This document shows, in pieces, positions 1 through 11,541 of a stretch of 64,000 bases of DNA. Positions within the stretch are counted from its first letter, which is position 1. Each line of letters opens with the position of its first letter. Source of the stretch: Isurus oxyrinchus. Taxonomy: Eukaryota. The notes below the pieces were generated by a model. That model was not told where the DNA came from. It saw only the letters and a list, made by a program, of their open reading frames with translations, and did no database searches. Location of the stretch: contig JANJGN010000140.1 of NCBI GenBank assembly GCA_026770705.1, positions 372,001 to 436,000 on the forward strand, in the 5' to 3' direction. A program made the translations under genes and the position numbers.

Positions 1-552
1 TCAGGATGATATGTGACGTGGAGGAGAACTTCCAGGTGGTGGAGTTCCCATATATCTCCTGTCCTTGTCTTTCGAGGCGGTGCAGGTTGCAGGTTTGGGA
101 CGTACTGTCGAAGTATTTGGTGAGTTGCTGCAGTGCATCTTGTAGATGGTGCACACTGCTGCCACTGTGCGTCTCTGGTGGAGCGAGTGAATGTTTTTGG
201 ATGTGGTGCCATTCAAACGGGCTGCTTTGCCCTGGATGCTGTCGAACTTCTTGTGTGCTGTGGGAGCTGCACTCATACAGGCAAGTGAAGAGTATTCCAT
301 CACACTCCTGACTAGTGCCTAGTAGATAGTGGACAGGCTTTGGAGAGTCAGGAGGTGAGTTGCTCACCTGAGAATCCCCAATCTGTAGCTCTCATAGCTG
401 CAGTATTTATATGGCTGGTCCCGTTCAGTTTCTGGTCAAAGGTAACCTCCCAGGATGTTGATAGTGGGGGATTCAGTGATGGTAATGTCATTGAACATCA
501 ACGGGAGATGGTTAGATTCTCTCTTGTTGGCAATTGTCATTGACTGGCACTT
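1..552 (-). mobile_element. Non-LTR retrotransposon fragment (CR1/L2 group, called 'family A' here), RT C-terminal region
   Basis: ORF MMEYSSLACMSAAPTAHKKFDSIQGKAARL...; homologous copies at 5190-5600, 20220-20840, 28290-28920 and 59545-60125. Confidence 0.8.
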
Positions 553-1054
553 AATGATTCACGAATTTTACTTAATGAAATGGTTCAAATGGTTCATCCC
601 CCAAGATGCTCCTGAGTTTAGTGTGTCACTGTACAATTTAGCTGAAAGCACTGCTAAAGTTCTACTGAATGGCGAACTTTAATCTGTCAGACAGTAGATT
701 ATTAGGCAAGAAGGGGCCAGCTTGGAGCAGAAGGAGAATATTCAGCCCCTCGGGCCAGCTCTGCCATTCAGTAAGATCGTAGCTGATCTTCTAGCTCACT
801 CCACTTCTTCGTCCGACATATCCCCATATCCCTTAATATCCAAAAATGTATCAATCTCAGTCCTGAATATACTCAACGACTGAGCATGCACAGTTTTCTG
901 GGGCAGGGAATTCCAAAAGTTCACAATGCTCTGAGCGAAGAAGTTTCTCCTCATCTCGGTCCAAAATTGTCAAGCCTTTATCCTGAGACTGCACCCCACC
1001 CCCCCTCCTCCCCCACCACCACCAAGTTCTGCCTCTCCAGCCAGGGGGGAAATC

Positions 1055-1270
1055 CTGACTTGGAAACATATCGCTGCCCCTTCACTGTCGATGAGTCAAA
1101 ACCCTGGAACTCCCTCCCTAACAGCACTGTGGATGTACCTACACCACATGGACTGCAGCGGTTCAAGAAGGCAGCTCACCACCACCTTCTCAAGAGGAAA
1201 TTAGGGATGGGCAATAAATGCTGGCCCAGCCAACGAAGCCCACATCCTGTGAACTAATTTTTTTAAAAAA
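1055..1270 (+). mobile_element. 3' tail of family A LINE
   Basis: cctccctaacagcactgtgg...ttcaagaaggcagctcaccaccaccttctcaag...ttagggatgggcaataaatgctggcc, ending in an A-rich tail. Confidence 0.75.
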
Positions 1271-1750
1271 GTGATCGCCTATTGTCTCAAATTCTAACTT
1301 GATGGTGGACAGATTGGCATGTGGCATTTTTTTCAGGCACCATCTCGTTACTTGGACAGCTTCGCTGAATCATCTTGCACAGTGTGCATGATTAGAGGTC
1401 TATAAAGAGTTGAGCTTTCCATCACAATCTGTAAAGTAAGACAAGGACAGAGGTCACATCTCTACCCAAACGGGAATCAGGATAATTGCGTATATTTCTC
1501 AGTATATTCACTGCTTCTAGGCATTATGCCGTCAAAGAGTGGATTAAGGAGAAGAAAAGGCTTGCGTTGCCATTAATTTAGAGCACAGAAGATGGCCATT
1601 TGGCCCATTGTGACTGTGCTGGCTCTCTGAAAGAACAGTCATGCAAGATCTAGTACAATCACGTTGCTTTATATTCTGTGCCTCCTTTTATAAACTCAAG
1701 GAACCCCTATGCTTTTATTACCATCTTACCCAACTCTGTTGAGATGAACA

Positions 1751-2112
1751 GTAGCCTTGTGGTCATGTTACTGGATGAATAATCAAGAGACTTGAGTTCA
1801 AATCCCACCGTGGCAGGAAGGAATTTAAATTAGGTTCATTAAATAAATCTGGAAGTAACAGTGATCATGATACTATCATTCTTGTTGTAAAAACCCATCT
1901 GGTTCACTAATGCCCTTTAGGGAAGGAAATCTGCCATCTTTACCCGGTCTGGCCTGCATGTGATTCCAGAACCACAGCAATGTGGTTCACTCCTAGCTTC
2001 CCTCTGCAATGGACCAGCAAGTCACTCAGTGGTATTCAAGAAAGTAAATCCCCATCGTCTTCTCAAGGGGAAATGAGGGAAGGGCAATAAATGCCAGCCA
2101 TGAATGAATGGA
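1751..2112 (+). mobile_element. tRNA-derived SINE sharing its 3' tail with family A LINE
   Basis: B-box-like gagttcaaatcc; body ggttcactaatgccctttagggaaggaaatctgcc; tail agggcaataaatgcc; other copies at 16345-16746, 20975-21275 and 42960-43285. Confidence 0.75.
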
Positions 2113-2627
2113 AAGTAAGGGACCTGCCACCTTTAGGTTTGGGCTAATGTCTTTCTGCTCATCTGCACATGACCCATACGTTGCATTTCGTGGTGGCACA
2201 ATGATCAAGGGTTGCATTTAGTTCTGAGGACACTAGCTTGGGTGCCAGGAAGTGGGAACTTCAGTAAGGAACACAACAACTAAACTCAGAGCAGGTGGTG
2301 ATGGAAGGTGTTTAGGTGTAGAGAGACTGTATGTAAACTACGTAACATTGTGGTGTGAGCACTCATCCTTTTATTGTCGTGTTCAGAAAGTGCCAGTGTG
2401 TGGTGCACTCATGTTCCTCCATCTTTGGCAGGAAGGGATCATTCTGGCTTCCTGTTATGGTGTGGTTAAGACAGCAGAGATAAGGTGTTTATAGTCTGGG
2501 ATCCTTAAATTCCTGTGTCTCTCGTGTGGAGACATCAGTTGCAAGTTTCATGGTCTGGTCCACTTGGCTCTCAGTTGCCAGTGACTGTGCATCAGTCCCT
2601 GTTCCAGAGTCATTCCCTGTTCCAGAG

Positions 2628-2815
2628 TCAGCAATGCAAGTTCTTCATGAAGGCTTTGCGGAATGCCACGTTGAAGATCGTGTAGATGATGGGGTTGATG
2701 ATGTAACCCAGCCAAGCGCAGGCGCTATAGACCACCGGCAGGATGTAGCACCTCTAGTAGTGGACGTTCAGGATGTGAGTGATGAAAAATGGCAGCCAGC
2801 AGATGATGAAGACGC
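2628..2815 (-). pseudogene. DRD2: DRD2-like last coding exon (TM6-TM7, C-terminus)
   Basis: ggcag|[61 protein letters not shown]; ends in the D2-type terminal Cys; AATAAA about 250 nt downstream (~2370). Confidence 0.93.
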
Positions 2816-3019
2816 CTGCCAATCTGACACAGAGAGGAAAAGAGTCGTCAATGCACCTGTCCATTTGTCATTGCAACGCAGTGACTCGCGAAAGGGTTCC
2901 TACCCCACTCAGAGCTCCTCAACCATATGGCAACAGGGCTCCATTAATTACTTGCAGTTGCTACTTCTTTGATAAAATTCACATTACATTCATGGCACAC
3001 AAGCTTATACATTTGGTAT

Positions 3020-3680
3020 CATTGGTATAGAATACAATCCTAGAACATAGTGATTCCATACAACTTAGCCTATTGTTCTATATCATTGTAACACTATAGG
3101 ACTCAGACTAATCTACTGGGAGTATAGTACACCATCCATAGCCAATTAGTCTAGATCATTACATTTCCATGCAGCTTGGCCTATTACTCTAGAACATTGT
3201 GGTCTGGTGGAATGCAGCCTATTGTTCTGGATTACAGCAAAACCCATAGAACTTGGACTGTTGATCTAAATTATTGTGCTACAATGCAACTTAACCTATG
3301 GTTCTCGATCATTGTGCCACAAGGCAACTTTGCCTATTTTCTCAATCATTTCAAGACTATGGAAGTTAGTCCACAGTTGTAGAGCACGTAATTTAGCCTA
3401 CAGTCCAAGATCATTGCAAAATCCATGGAATCTATCCTGTTCTTCTAAATCATTGAGACACAATGGAACCTCGTCTATTGTTCCAGATAGTTGTAACTAC
3501 ATAGAACTCGGTCTGTTGTTCTAGATCATTGTAAGAACCGATAGATGTTTGCCTATTCTCGATCAGTGTGACACAACAACACCTAACCAATTGTTCTAGA
3601 CCACCAAGACGATGGATCTTGGGCTATTGTTCTAGATCATTGTGACTCGTTGGAACATAGTCTATTTGTTCTAGTTTGTT
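3020..3680. repeat. Degenerate ~39-41 bp tandem repeat
   Basis: Recurring cctattgttctagatcattgt...ga(a)ctt unit. Confidence 0.75.
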
Positions 3681-3690
3681 CTGGACTCAC

Positions 3691-4017
3691 CTAAGACAAC
3701 CACCAACATTTGTTGCTTTCTTCTCCTTCTGGTGGGACAGTTTGCTTTCCCTGCTGATTTGGCCGCTGGCACCTGTTTCTCATCTGACACCCTCCGCACC
3801 TCAAAAGCGCTCCGCCTGAAGAACCTTGCTTGGCCATTGCACTTGGAGTCTGCGGATACCTCGAAGGAGGAAGGTGACTTCCATTACCAGCCATCAGGCA
3901 GGATCTGGAAGTGGTCTCGAGCCGGAAAGCCAGTGGAGTTCCTGTTGGCCTTGGCCTCTCGGGAGGCCCCACAAATCTGGCTCCCTCAGAGTAAGGGATT
4001 GCTTCTCGTACCAGTGT
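3691..4017 (-). pseudogene. DRD2: DRD2-like coding exon 6 (ICL3 to start of TM6), frameshifted
   Basis: Polypyrimidine tract plus tag acceptor; motifs PPER, LPDP, NGQA...FEV and KLSHQKEKKAT are spread over different frames; about 2 nt lost in AT[Q]MLVVVL; gtgag donor. Confidence 0.8.
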
Positions 4018-4179
4018 CTAGGATGCCAAAAAGAAGAGGAAATGGGTGTTACCAACAGCCAATAGCACAGACCAGAGCACACACAAATCACAGGAGAGGA
4101 CAAGCAAGGGAATGACAAAGGGTCCTTGTCTCCAAGTCACCATTTTGTACATGGGGTGTGGGCAGTTAACTTGTTCACA

Positions 4180-4625
4180 GAATCATACTGCACAGGAGAA
4201 GGCCATTAAGCCCAGCGAGCCTCTGATGGCTTTTTGAAAGAGCTTTCTAATTAGTCCCACACTTCAGCCCACTCTTTGCCCAAAAGCCCAGCAAATTTTT
4301 CCCTTTCAAATATTTATCCAACTCCCCTTTTGAAAGTTCCTACTGAATCTGCTTCCACCACCCTTTCAGGCAGCGCCTTCCAGATCACAGCAACTCACTG
4401 TGCAAAAAGAAAAAAAAATCTCCCCATCTCCCCCTCTTTCTTTTACTGATTCTCTTCGATCTGTGTCCCTCTGGTTACCAACCCTCCTGATACAGGAAAC
4501 AGTTTCTCCTTATTTACTCTATCCAAACCCCTCATGATTTCGCCCACCTCGATTAAATCCCTCTCTGTACCTTCTCTGCCCTAAGGAGAACAATCCCAAC
4601 TTCTCCAATCTCCCTATTGAAGTGA
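4180..4625 (-). mobile_element. CR1-type LINE 3' fragment
   Basis: Typical shark CR1 3' end (ccaccctttcaggcagcgccttccagatcac...). Confidence 0.7.
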
Positions 4626-4916
4626 AAGGAATTGGGGTTCTGTGCGATGGGAATGGATCGATCTATTGACATTCTGCGCAATAGGAGCGAAGGAGAAGGG
4701 GTTTGTTCCATTGGATTGTGTGCAATGGGAATGAGTGGGAAATGGTTTGGGTCCATTGAGATTCCATGCGATGGCAGCGAATGGGAAGAGAGTTGATCAA
4801 TGACCTTTGGAATGATTGGTGACCTTTGTGACAAGTGGGAATTTCGGCCACTGAAATTGAACTGGGAATTTGTCAATCAGCTCCGAGGATTCTGATGTCT
4901 CCAGGTAAGGCCTTAC

Positions 4917-5000
4917 CAATTTCTTTTTACTCACACTAGTGCTCCCGTTTGATTGGACCATTAAAGTGCAAAGTTTGACATCTGGGTGTGTGCACTTATT
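4917..5000 (-). pseudogene. DRD2: DRD2-like coding exon 5, homolog of the D2-long alternative ICL3 exon, 84 bp
   Basis: tttcag|NKCTHPDVKLCTLMVQSNGSTSVSKKKL|gtaagg; resembles the mammalian D2L insert [29 protein letters not shown]. Confidence 0.85.
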
Positions 5001-5189
5001 CTGAAACTAAATAAAACAAAAAAAAAATGGAATTATCGACCCTAGCAACAGAGTAGGCACGAACATGGATACTAATACTTCATATTGGCCGTAAAGAAAA
5101 GCCATTGTTTACAATTTGAATTGAGAGATTATCCAATAAATAGGGCAAAAATCCTTTCAAAATTACTGACTTAAGTATTACATTTTTTA

Positions 5190-5600
5190 AAAAATATATT
5201 CATTCATGGGATGTGGGCTTCGCCGGCTGGGTCAGCATTTGTTGCCCATCCCTAATTGCCCCTTGAGAAGGTGGGGGTGAGCTGCCTTCTTGAACCATTG
5301 CAGTCCATGTGGTGTAGGTACACCCACATTGCTGTTAGGGAGGGAGCTCCAGGATTTTGACCCAGCGACAGTGAAGGAGCAGCCGATGTATTTCTAAGTC
5401 AGGATAGTGAGTGACTTAGTGAGGAACTTCCAGGTGGTGGTGTTCCCTATCTGCTACCCTTGTCTTTCTAGATGATCATGGTCATGGGTTTGGGAGGTAC
5501 TATCTAAGGAGGCTTGGTGAGTTGCTGCAGTGCGTCTTGTAGATGGTACACTCTGCTGCCACTGTGCGTCGGTGGTGGAGGGAGTGAATGTTTTAGGTGG
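5190..5600 (-). mobile_element. Family A LINE 3' fragment
   Basis: Reverse complement of the 1055-1270 tail plus RT C-terminal codons. Confidence 0.75.
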
Positions 5601-6113
5601 AATATAATTATGTGATATGCACAGTAATATTGCACAAGGAAATATCACCTTGAAAAGCATATTTTTTTAAATAATAAAGCAAGACACTGTCCCTTCCAAA
5701 CACTCCCAGGACAGGTACAGCACGGGATTAGATACAGAGTAGAGCTCCTCTGCACTGTCCCCACCAAACACTCCCAGGACAACGTGAGGTTAGATGTACA
5801 TTTCCCTCTATACCTGCCAATCTGCAGCCTCCTACAAAAGACCAACATCCTATACCTGTGATGACATCACTTCCTCAGTCATCCTGTATCCTCCCTTAAA
5901 TGGCAGGTTGAAAGCAACTCTGCATCATTGGCAGCGTGTCTGGTACAAAATGGATCGAAGCAACTCTAACCCATGTCGAATTGAACCCGTGCAGCCTCTA
6001 CACAAAGCAAACTTGTGCAGGATTTAATCGCAGAGTCTAGAGGTTAAAGGTCAGTCACTTACTACCCACATCCCTTCATTTTAATATTTGAGCCTGTTAT
6101 TTACGCTTCTGAC

Positions 6114-6313
6114 CTTTATGGGCGGTTGGGTTTCATGTTCCAAGGCAACGCTAATCCTCTTAGCTGCCACGCACTTCCTCCTCCATCTCAGCATGGCATA
6201 GATCTGGACATAAACCGACAGCGTCATGATGAAGGGAACATAGAAGGAGACAATAGAAGAATATAAAATAAAAGAAGGGTTCATGATGGCACAGATGGTC
6301 TCGTTCTTTTTAT
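6114..6313 (-). pseudogene. DRD2: DRD2-like coding exon 4 (TM5, start of ICL3)
   Basis: ttccag|DKKNETICAIMNPSFILYSSIVSFYVPFIMTLSVYVQIYAMLRWRRKCVAAKRISVALEHETQPPIK|gtcaga. Confidence 0.92.
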
Positions 6314-6419
6314 CTGGAACAGGACAGAGCACATTCCTGGTCTCCATAATTGCAAAAACTCTCATTGAGTCACTGGAGAATATGCAACTAAAGGTTCACA
6401 AAGATGACATCCGAATTAC

Positions 6420-7160
6420 GAGCTTATAACTACCAGGCAAGACTGAAGAGGTTGGGGCTCTTTCCTCTAGAAAAGAGAAGGCTGAGGGGTGACCTGATAG
6501 AAACTTTTAAAACTATGAAAGAGTTTTGACAGTGTGAACCAAGAGAAATTGTTTCCACTTTTGGGGTGGGGGAGGGTAACGTGGGTGGGAGACTAGAACT
6601 GGACGGCCATCAAAATAAGATAGTCACTAGTGTTGTATGTGCCGGCATGCCACTGTAATGTAAAGGTGTTCAGCAGAGTAAGAGTTAGAGTGGGACTGGA
6701 GAATAACACCATGCACGGTATGATGTATAAAGTCACATGGTAACAGACTGAGAGAACAGTCTGGAGAGAACACTCTGCAACCAGCCTGCATGGAGGTAGC
6801 AGCGCCATGCATGACAGTAACCTGAGATCTGTAAATAGATAAAGAGTTCATGTTTAAATCTACAATTCTCAAGGTCTCATCATTGAGACACCACTGCACA
6901 CCAGAATACAACATGGTTGGCAGTGGTGAGATACCAGCACTATCAGCGTAGTACAACAACTAGTAAATCCAATGGGGAATTCGGGAGAAACTTCTTCACC
7001 TAGAGAGTGGGGAGAATGTGTAACTCACTCCCACAGGGAGTGGTTGAGGTGAATAGTATCGATGTATTTAAGGGGGAAGCTAGATAAACACATGAAGGAG
7101 AAAAGAATATGTGATGGGAGAGATAAGGAGGGGGTGGGCAGGTGCTCGTGTGGAGCATAA
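6420..7160 (+). mobile_element. CR1 LINE 3' fragment interrupted by an LTR-derived insertion
   Basis: LGLFSLEKRRLRGDLIE-type codons at 6450-6510; CR1 resumes after 6963. Confidence 0.7.
6631..6958 (+). mobile_element. Minimal LTR element: LTR + PBS-like motif + second LTR terminus, 5-bp TSD
   Basis: Starts TGTTGTA and ends TACAACA; ACTAG on both sides (6626-6630, 6959-6963); internal TACAACA ending at 6912 is followed by tggttggcagtggtgag. Confidence 0.75.
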
Positions 7161-7480
7161 ATTCTCCTAATCTCCTCTGGTTCTTTTCCTGATTCTCTTC
7201 AATCTGTGGCCCTCTGGTTACCGGCCTTCCTGCCACTGGAAACATTTTCTCCTTATTTACTCTGTGAAAACCTATCATGAATTTGCATGCCTCAATTAAA
7301 TCTCCCCCTTAACCTTCTCTGTTCTGAGGAGAAAAACCCCAGCTGCTCCGGTCTCTCCATATAACTGAAGTTCCCAATCTCTGGGACTGCTGTGAGAATT
7401 CTCATGCCCCTCCCTCACTATAGAAGGAGACAATAGAGGAATAAAAGGTGAAAGTAGGGTTCATGACGGGCACAGCTTAC

Positions 7481-7620
7481 CAGGGTGGTTTTTTAGCCTG
7501 AAGAGCAGCGGGCATGAGATGGCGAAAGACAGCACTCAGACCATGGTTATCATCAACGTGACTCTCTGCTTGGAGCTGAGGTGGGTTTTGTAGAGCATTG
7601 GCATGGCAATCGCTGTGTAG
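7481..7620 (-). pseudogene. DRD2: DRD2-like coding exon 3 (ICL2-TM4), 140 bp
   Basis: ttgcag|c [45 protein letters not shown] g|gtaag; the TM4 Trp codon is TGA (7536-7538). Confidence 0.92.
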
Positions 7621-7829
7621 CTGCAAGGGGTGGACAAGAAACAGGTTAGAGCTGTTGATGAACCGGACGGTCTTTAAGAAGCTCCAAAATAGGTGGTGAG
7701 TGAAGCAGGGAAGTAAGTTCAGTAAGCCAAATGGCCTGCTCCTGTAGCCATGGCAACCAAGGGAGGTTGAGGATGAGGATCCATTGATCCAATCGGAAAA
7801 AGGTACACAGTATTCCCAAGAACTAGCAA

Positions 7830-8760
7830 ACATCCAGACAAATAGGAGCAGGAGGAGGCCATTCGGCCTCTCGAGCCTGCCCCACCTATTCATTAAGATC
7901 ATGGCTGAGGTTCTACCTCAACTCCACCTTCCCACCCTCAGAGCCTTAAAATCTATCAATCTGAGTCTTGAGTATACCCAATGACATAGCATCCATAGCT
8001 CTCTGGGGTAGAGAATTCCAAAGATTCACAACCCTTTGAGTGAAGAAATTTCTCCTCATCTCAGTCCAAAATGGCTGACCTCTAATCCTTAGCCTGTGAC
8101 CCCACCCCACTCCCCCCACATTGTTCCAGACTCCTCTGCCAGGGTGGGGTTAACTGCCTCTTAGAATTGACCGTGTTAAACTCCCGAAGAATTTTGTACA
8201 TTTCAATGAGATCACCTCTCATTCTTCTAAACTCTAGAGAATATGGGGCCATTCTACTCGATCTCCCTTCATAGGACATCCCTCTCATCCCAGGAATCAG
8301 TTTAGTTTAAGTTAGGGATGGGGTTAGGGAGTTAGGGATGGGGTTATGGAGTTAAGGTTAGGGGTAGGGAGTTAGGGATGGGGTTAGGGTTTGGTGTAGG
8401 GAGTTAGGGATGGGGTTGAGATGTTAGGGTGGAGGTAGGGAGTTAGGGATGGGGTTAGGGCTGGAGTTAGGAGTTAGGGATGGTGTTGGAGAGTTAGGGA
8501 TGGGGTTATGGAGTGAGGATTAGGGATAGGGAGTTAGGGATGAGGTTAGGGTTGGGGTTGGGGTTAGGGGAAGGGTTAGGGGTTAGGGGTATGGTTAGGG
8601 ATCAAGAATTGTGCACAATACTTCAGGTGTAGTCTCACCAAAGACCTATATAATTATTTGAAGACTTCTTTACTTTTATATGCCAATCCGTTTGCAATAA
8701 AGGTGAACATACCATTTACCTTTCGAGTTCCTTGCTGTACCTACATGCTGACCAATATTT
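7830..8760 (-). mobile_element. CR1 LINE 3' fragment interrupted by a telomere-like repeat
   Basis: ORF MRGMSYEGRSSRMAPYSLEFRRMRGDLIEMYKILR. Confidence 0.75.
8302..8600 (+). repeat. Interstitial telomere-like (TTAGGG-variant) array
   Basis: Repeated gttagggatggggttagggag and ggttagggg. Confidence 0.8.
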
Positions 8761-9199
8761 CGCAGTTTCCCACCGTTTCCAACCAGGATCACAAGCGGGA
8801 CAGCCTCTCTCATGGGAGGGTCCCATTCTCTATTGAGCTGCCAGGAGGAGGGGTGGGGGGAACCTTGTAAATGCACATCAGGACAACCTAGAGTCATGAA
8901 AGGGCCTATCACTGCCCGTTGGGTCTCGCTGGCCCCACTCATTCCAAAACTAGGGAGCCCAGGGAAAGTAATGGAGGAAGGAGGGAGGATGGGGGGGGGG
9001 GGGGGGCCGTAAAGGCCTGAGGAGGGAGGTGGTGGGGGGGGGGGGGCGGGGGTGGGGGGGCGTGGTGAAGAGATGGAAGAACAGAAGAGCTACCTTTGTG
9101 CAGCCCAGACGGCATTCCACTGACAATGGCACAGATGTGTCATGTACTCTCATGGGACCCTGATGTGTATGAATTCAGATGGACACATCGCAAATTATG

Positions 9200-9920
9200 A
9201 AATATGAGCAGGAGCAGGCCACTCAGCCCCTTGAGCCTGTTCCGCCATTCAATAAGACCATGGCTCACCTGATTGTAACCTCAACACCACATTCCTGCCT
9301 AACCCCAATCACCTTTCAAACCCTTGTTAACCAAGAATCTATCTAGCTCTGCCTTAGAAATATTCAAAGACTCTGCGTCCACTGCCTTTTGAGGAAGAGA
9401 GCTCCAAAGACTCACGACCCTCTGAGAGAAAAAACATCTCCTAATCTCTGTCTTAAAAGAGCGATCCCTTATTTTTAAACAGCGACCCCTCGTTCTAGAT
9501 TCTCCCACAAGAGGAAACATCCTCTCCACATCCACCCTGTCAAGACACCTCAGGATCTTAAATGTTTCTTACACATCTAAATTCCAGTGGATACGTGCCT
9601 AACCTGTCCACCCTTTCCTCATACGACAACCCACGCATTCCTGGTATTAGCCTGGTAAACATCCTCTGAACTGCTGCCTTCAGACCTTTCCTTAAATAAG
9701 GTGACCAATACTGTACACAGTACTCCTGATACGGTCTCACCGGTGCCCCGTAAAACTGCAGCATAGCCTCCCTACAATCAATTCCCCTCGCAATAAACTA
9801 TAACATTCTATTAGCCTTCCTAATTAGATGATGTGCCTGCATTTTGTGATTCATGCACTAGGACACCCAGATCCCTCTGCATCTCAGAGCTCTGCAAACT
9901 CTCACCATTTAGATAATATA
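9200..9920 (-). mobile_element. CR1 LINE 3' fragment
   Basis: ORFs MDVERMFPLVGESRTRG..., LQFYGAPVRPYQEYCVQYWSPYLRK and QRDLGVLVHES. Confidence 0.85.
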
Positions 9921-9943
9921 ACTCGTACTTTCGGGAAGGAAAG

Positions 9944-10161
9944 TGTGATAGAGTTGATTTTCTAGGCAGCTTTGCTTGGTGGAAACGTTGGACTTTATTT
10001 ACAAGACGGCAGCAGTTACATGTGTGCAAAGGACTCTATAACGAAAGAAGAATTCTCTCCTCGAGGGTCCCCGTGCTTCTAATTCATTGGTTTATACAGT
10101 TCATGTTATTTTACAACACAGGCATACTCTTAAAGCGTTTATCAGAACTATAATTACTGCA
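9944..10161 (-). mobile_element. 3' LTR of the Gypsy element (~218 bp)
   Basis: TG...CA termini; AATAAA on the element strand (tttatt ~9994); preceded by a purine-rich PPT-like tract. Confidence 0.75.
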
Positions 10162-10830
10162 GCCCCCACCCACCACCACCCCCCCAACACACACACACCT
10201 CCCACTCCACCCGTAAACTTTTCTGTACCTTTTGTATTTTAGAGGAGATTTATCTCATTACATCACAATATTTACACAGGTCATCAAATTACAAGTTCAG
10301 TCTTTAAGATGGTTTCCCGATCCCTGCGGAACGTCGCAGCTCCTGACTTCCGATTATTTTGCAGGAACCACATGCTCTGGAACTGCATTAACATCAGATA
10401 CAGGCAGTTCAGTGTCTTCCACTCCAACAGAGACATCGGGCACGTCTGTCCTTGGCTGAGCAACTTCAACAGGAACCATAGGTTCAGCAATGGTTACAGG
10501 TGGAATATAATTTTGTTGGGATATCTCTCTTCCTCAATGATCCACATACTTACAGGTGATCCGCCCCTCCACTTCCATGTGGTATGACAATGGTCCGGTC
10601 ACAGAGCTTACTTTACCAGCTAGCCACTTCGGTCTTCCACCGACATTCCTTACACACACTGTTTCTCCAAGTAAATTGTTGCTCATGACTATGCCAATCA
10701 GGAGTTGCTTTTTGGTTCCCTTGACTTTTTTCCACCTTCCCCTCCAAATTGGGATTGTTCTGTATTGAAATAGGAAACGAGCAAGTTTAGTTTCTGATGA
10801 TTCACCTGTTAACTTTTTCATTCCTGCCTT

Positions 10831-11541
10831 TTATTGTCTTTTCAAGATCTTCCTCCTTTTTGTCCTCTGCTTTCTACCACAGAGTTTAGTCTTGGCCTTC
10901 CTCTTGACTTCACTGTCGGCCAGACTTCTCTCAGGTAGTTTCTCAACTTGTCTTAGTTCAGTAATTGAATTACCCATGACTTCATTATCTACTTGCATCT
11001 TGGACAGTTCTACGATCTTTCCTTTCAAGGTTCCTTTAGCTGCATTCAGCTGATTCTTCAGCTCTTCTGTCTCTTTCATGTATCTGTTGGCTTCCTCCTG
11101 GAACCTTGAACATTGCTGCGTCTTCTGTGCCAACTGGTTCTTCAGTTTGTTCATGGTGACGTTAAATTCTTCCTGCTTCTCTTTGTAATTTTCCAGAGGT
11201 ACAAATTTTGACCTGAGGGATCCTTGTAGTGTGTGAGGGTCTTTCAACAGGGTTTTTCTTTTCTTTGTGCGAAACTCATTCACTTCAACTTGAACTCTAA
11301 TTCAGCAGAGTCGCCTTGAGTTTCTTTTGCTGTTCTTGCATGTCATTGTTTAAAACAGTCTTCATTTCTTCAGGTTGCTGAATAGCTACACACTCCATTT
11401 GCATCCAATTGCGGTCCTTGGACTTTCCAGGCTCTTTCTGAAGGGCCTTGACTTGTTCCTTCTTCAACTCAGGAACTATTTCTGCTTCCTTTTGAAATCT
11501 CACTGGCCAATCAAGGTTAGTTTCCCTCAACCAGTTTCGAC
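10831..11541 (-). other. Captured cellular coiled-coil gene fragment (UACA/RAI14/ANKRD24-like) inside the Gypsy element, decayed
   Basis: Heptad-rich ORFs (LQGSLRSKFVPLENYKEKQEEFNVTMNKLKNQL; CVAIQQPEEMKTVLNNDMQEQQKKL) sit where RT/RNaseH/integrase core should be; no retroelement motifs. Confidence 0.6.

Noticed and set aside
2526-2972. 148-aa plus-strand ORF
   Set aside because: Antisense shadow of the last DRD2-like exon.
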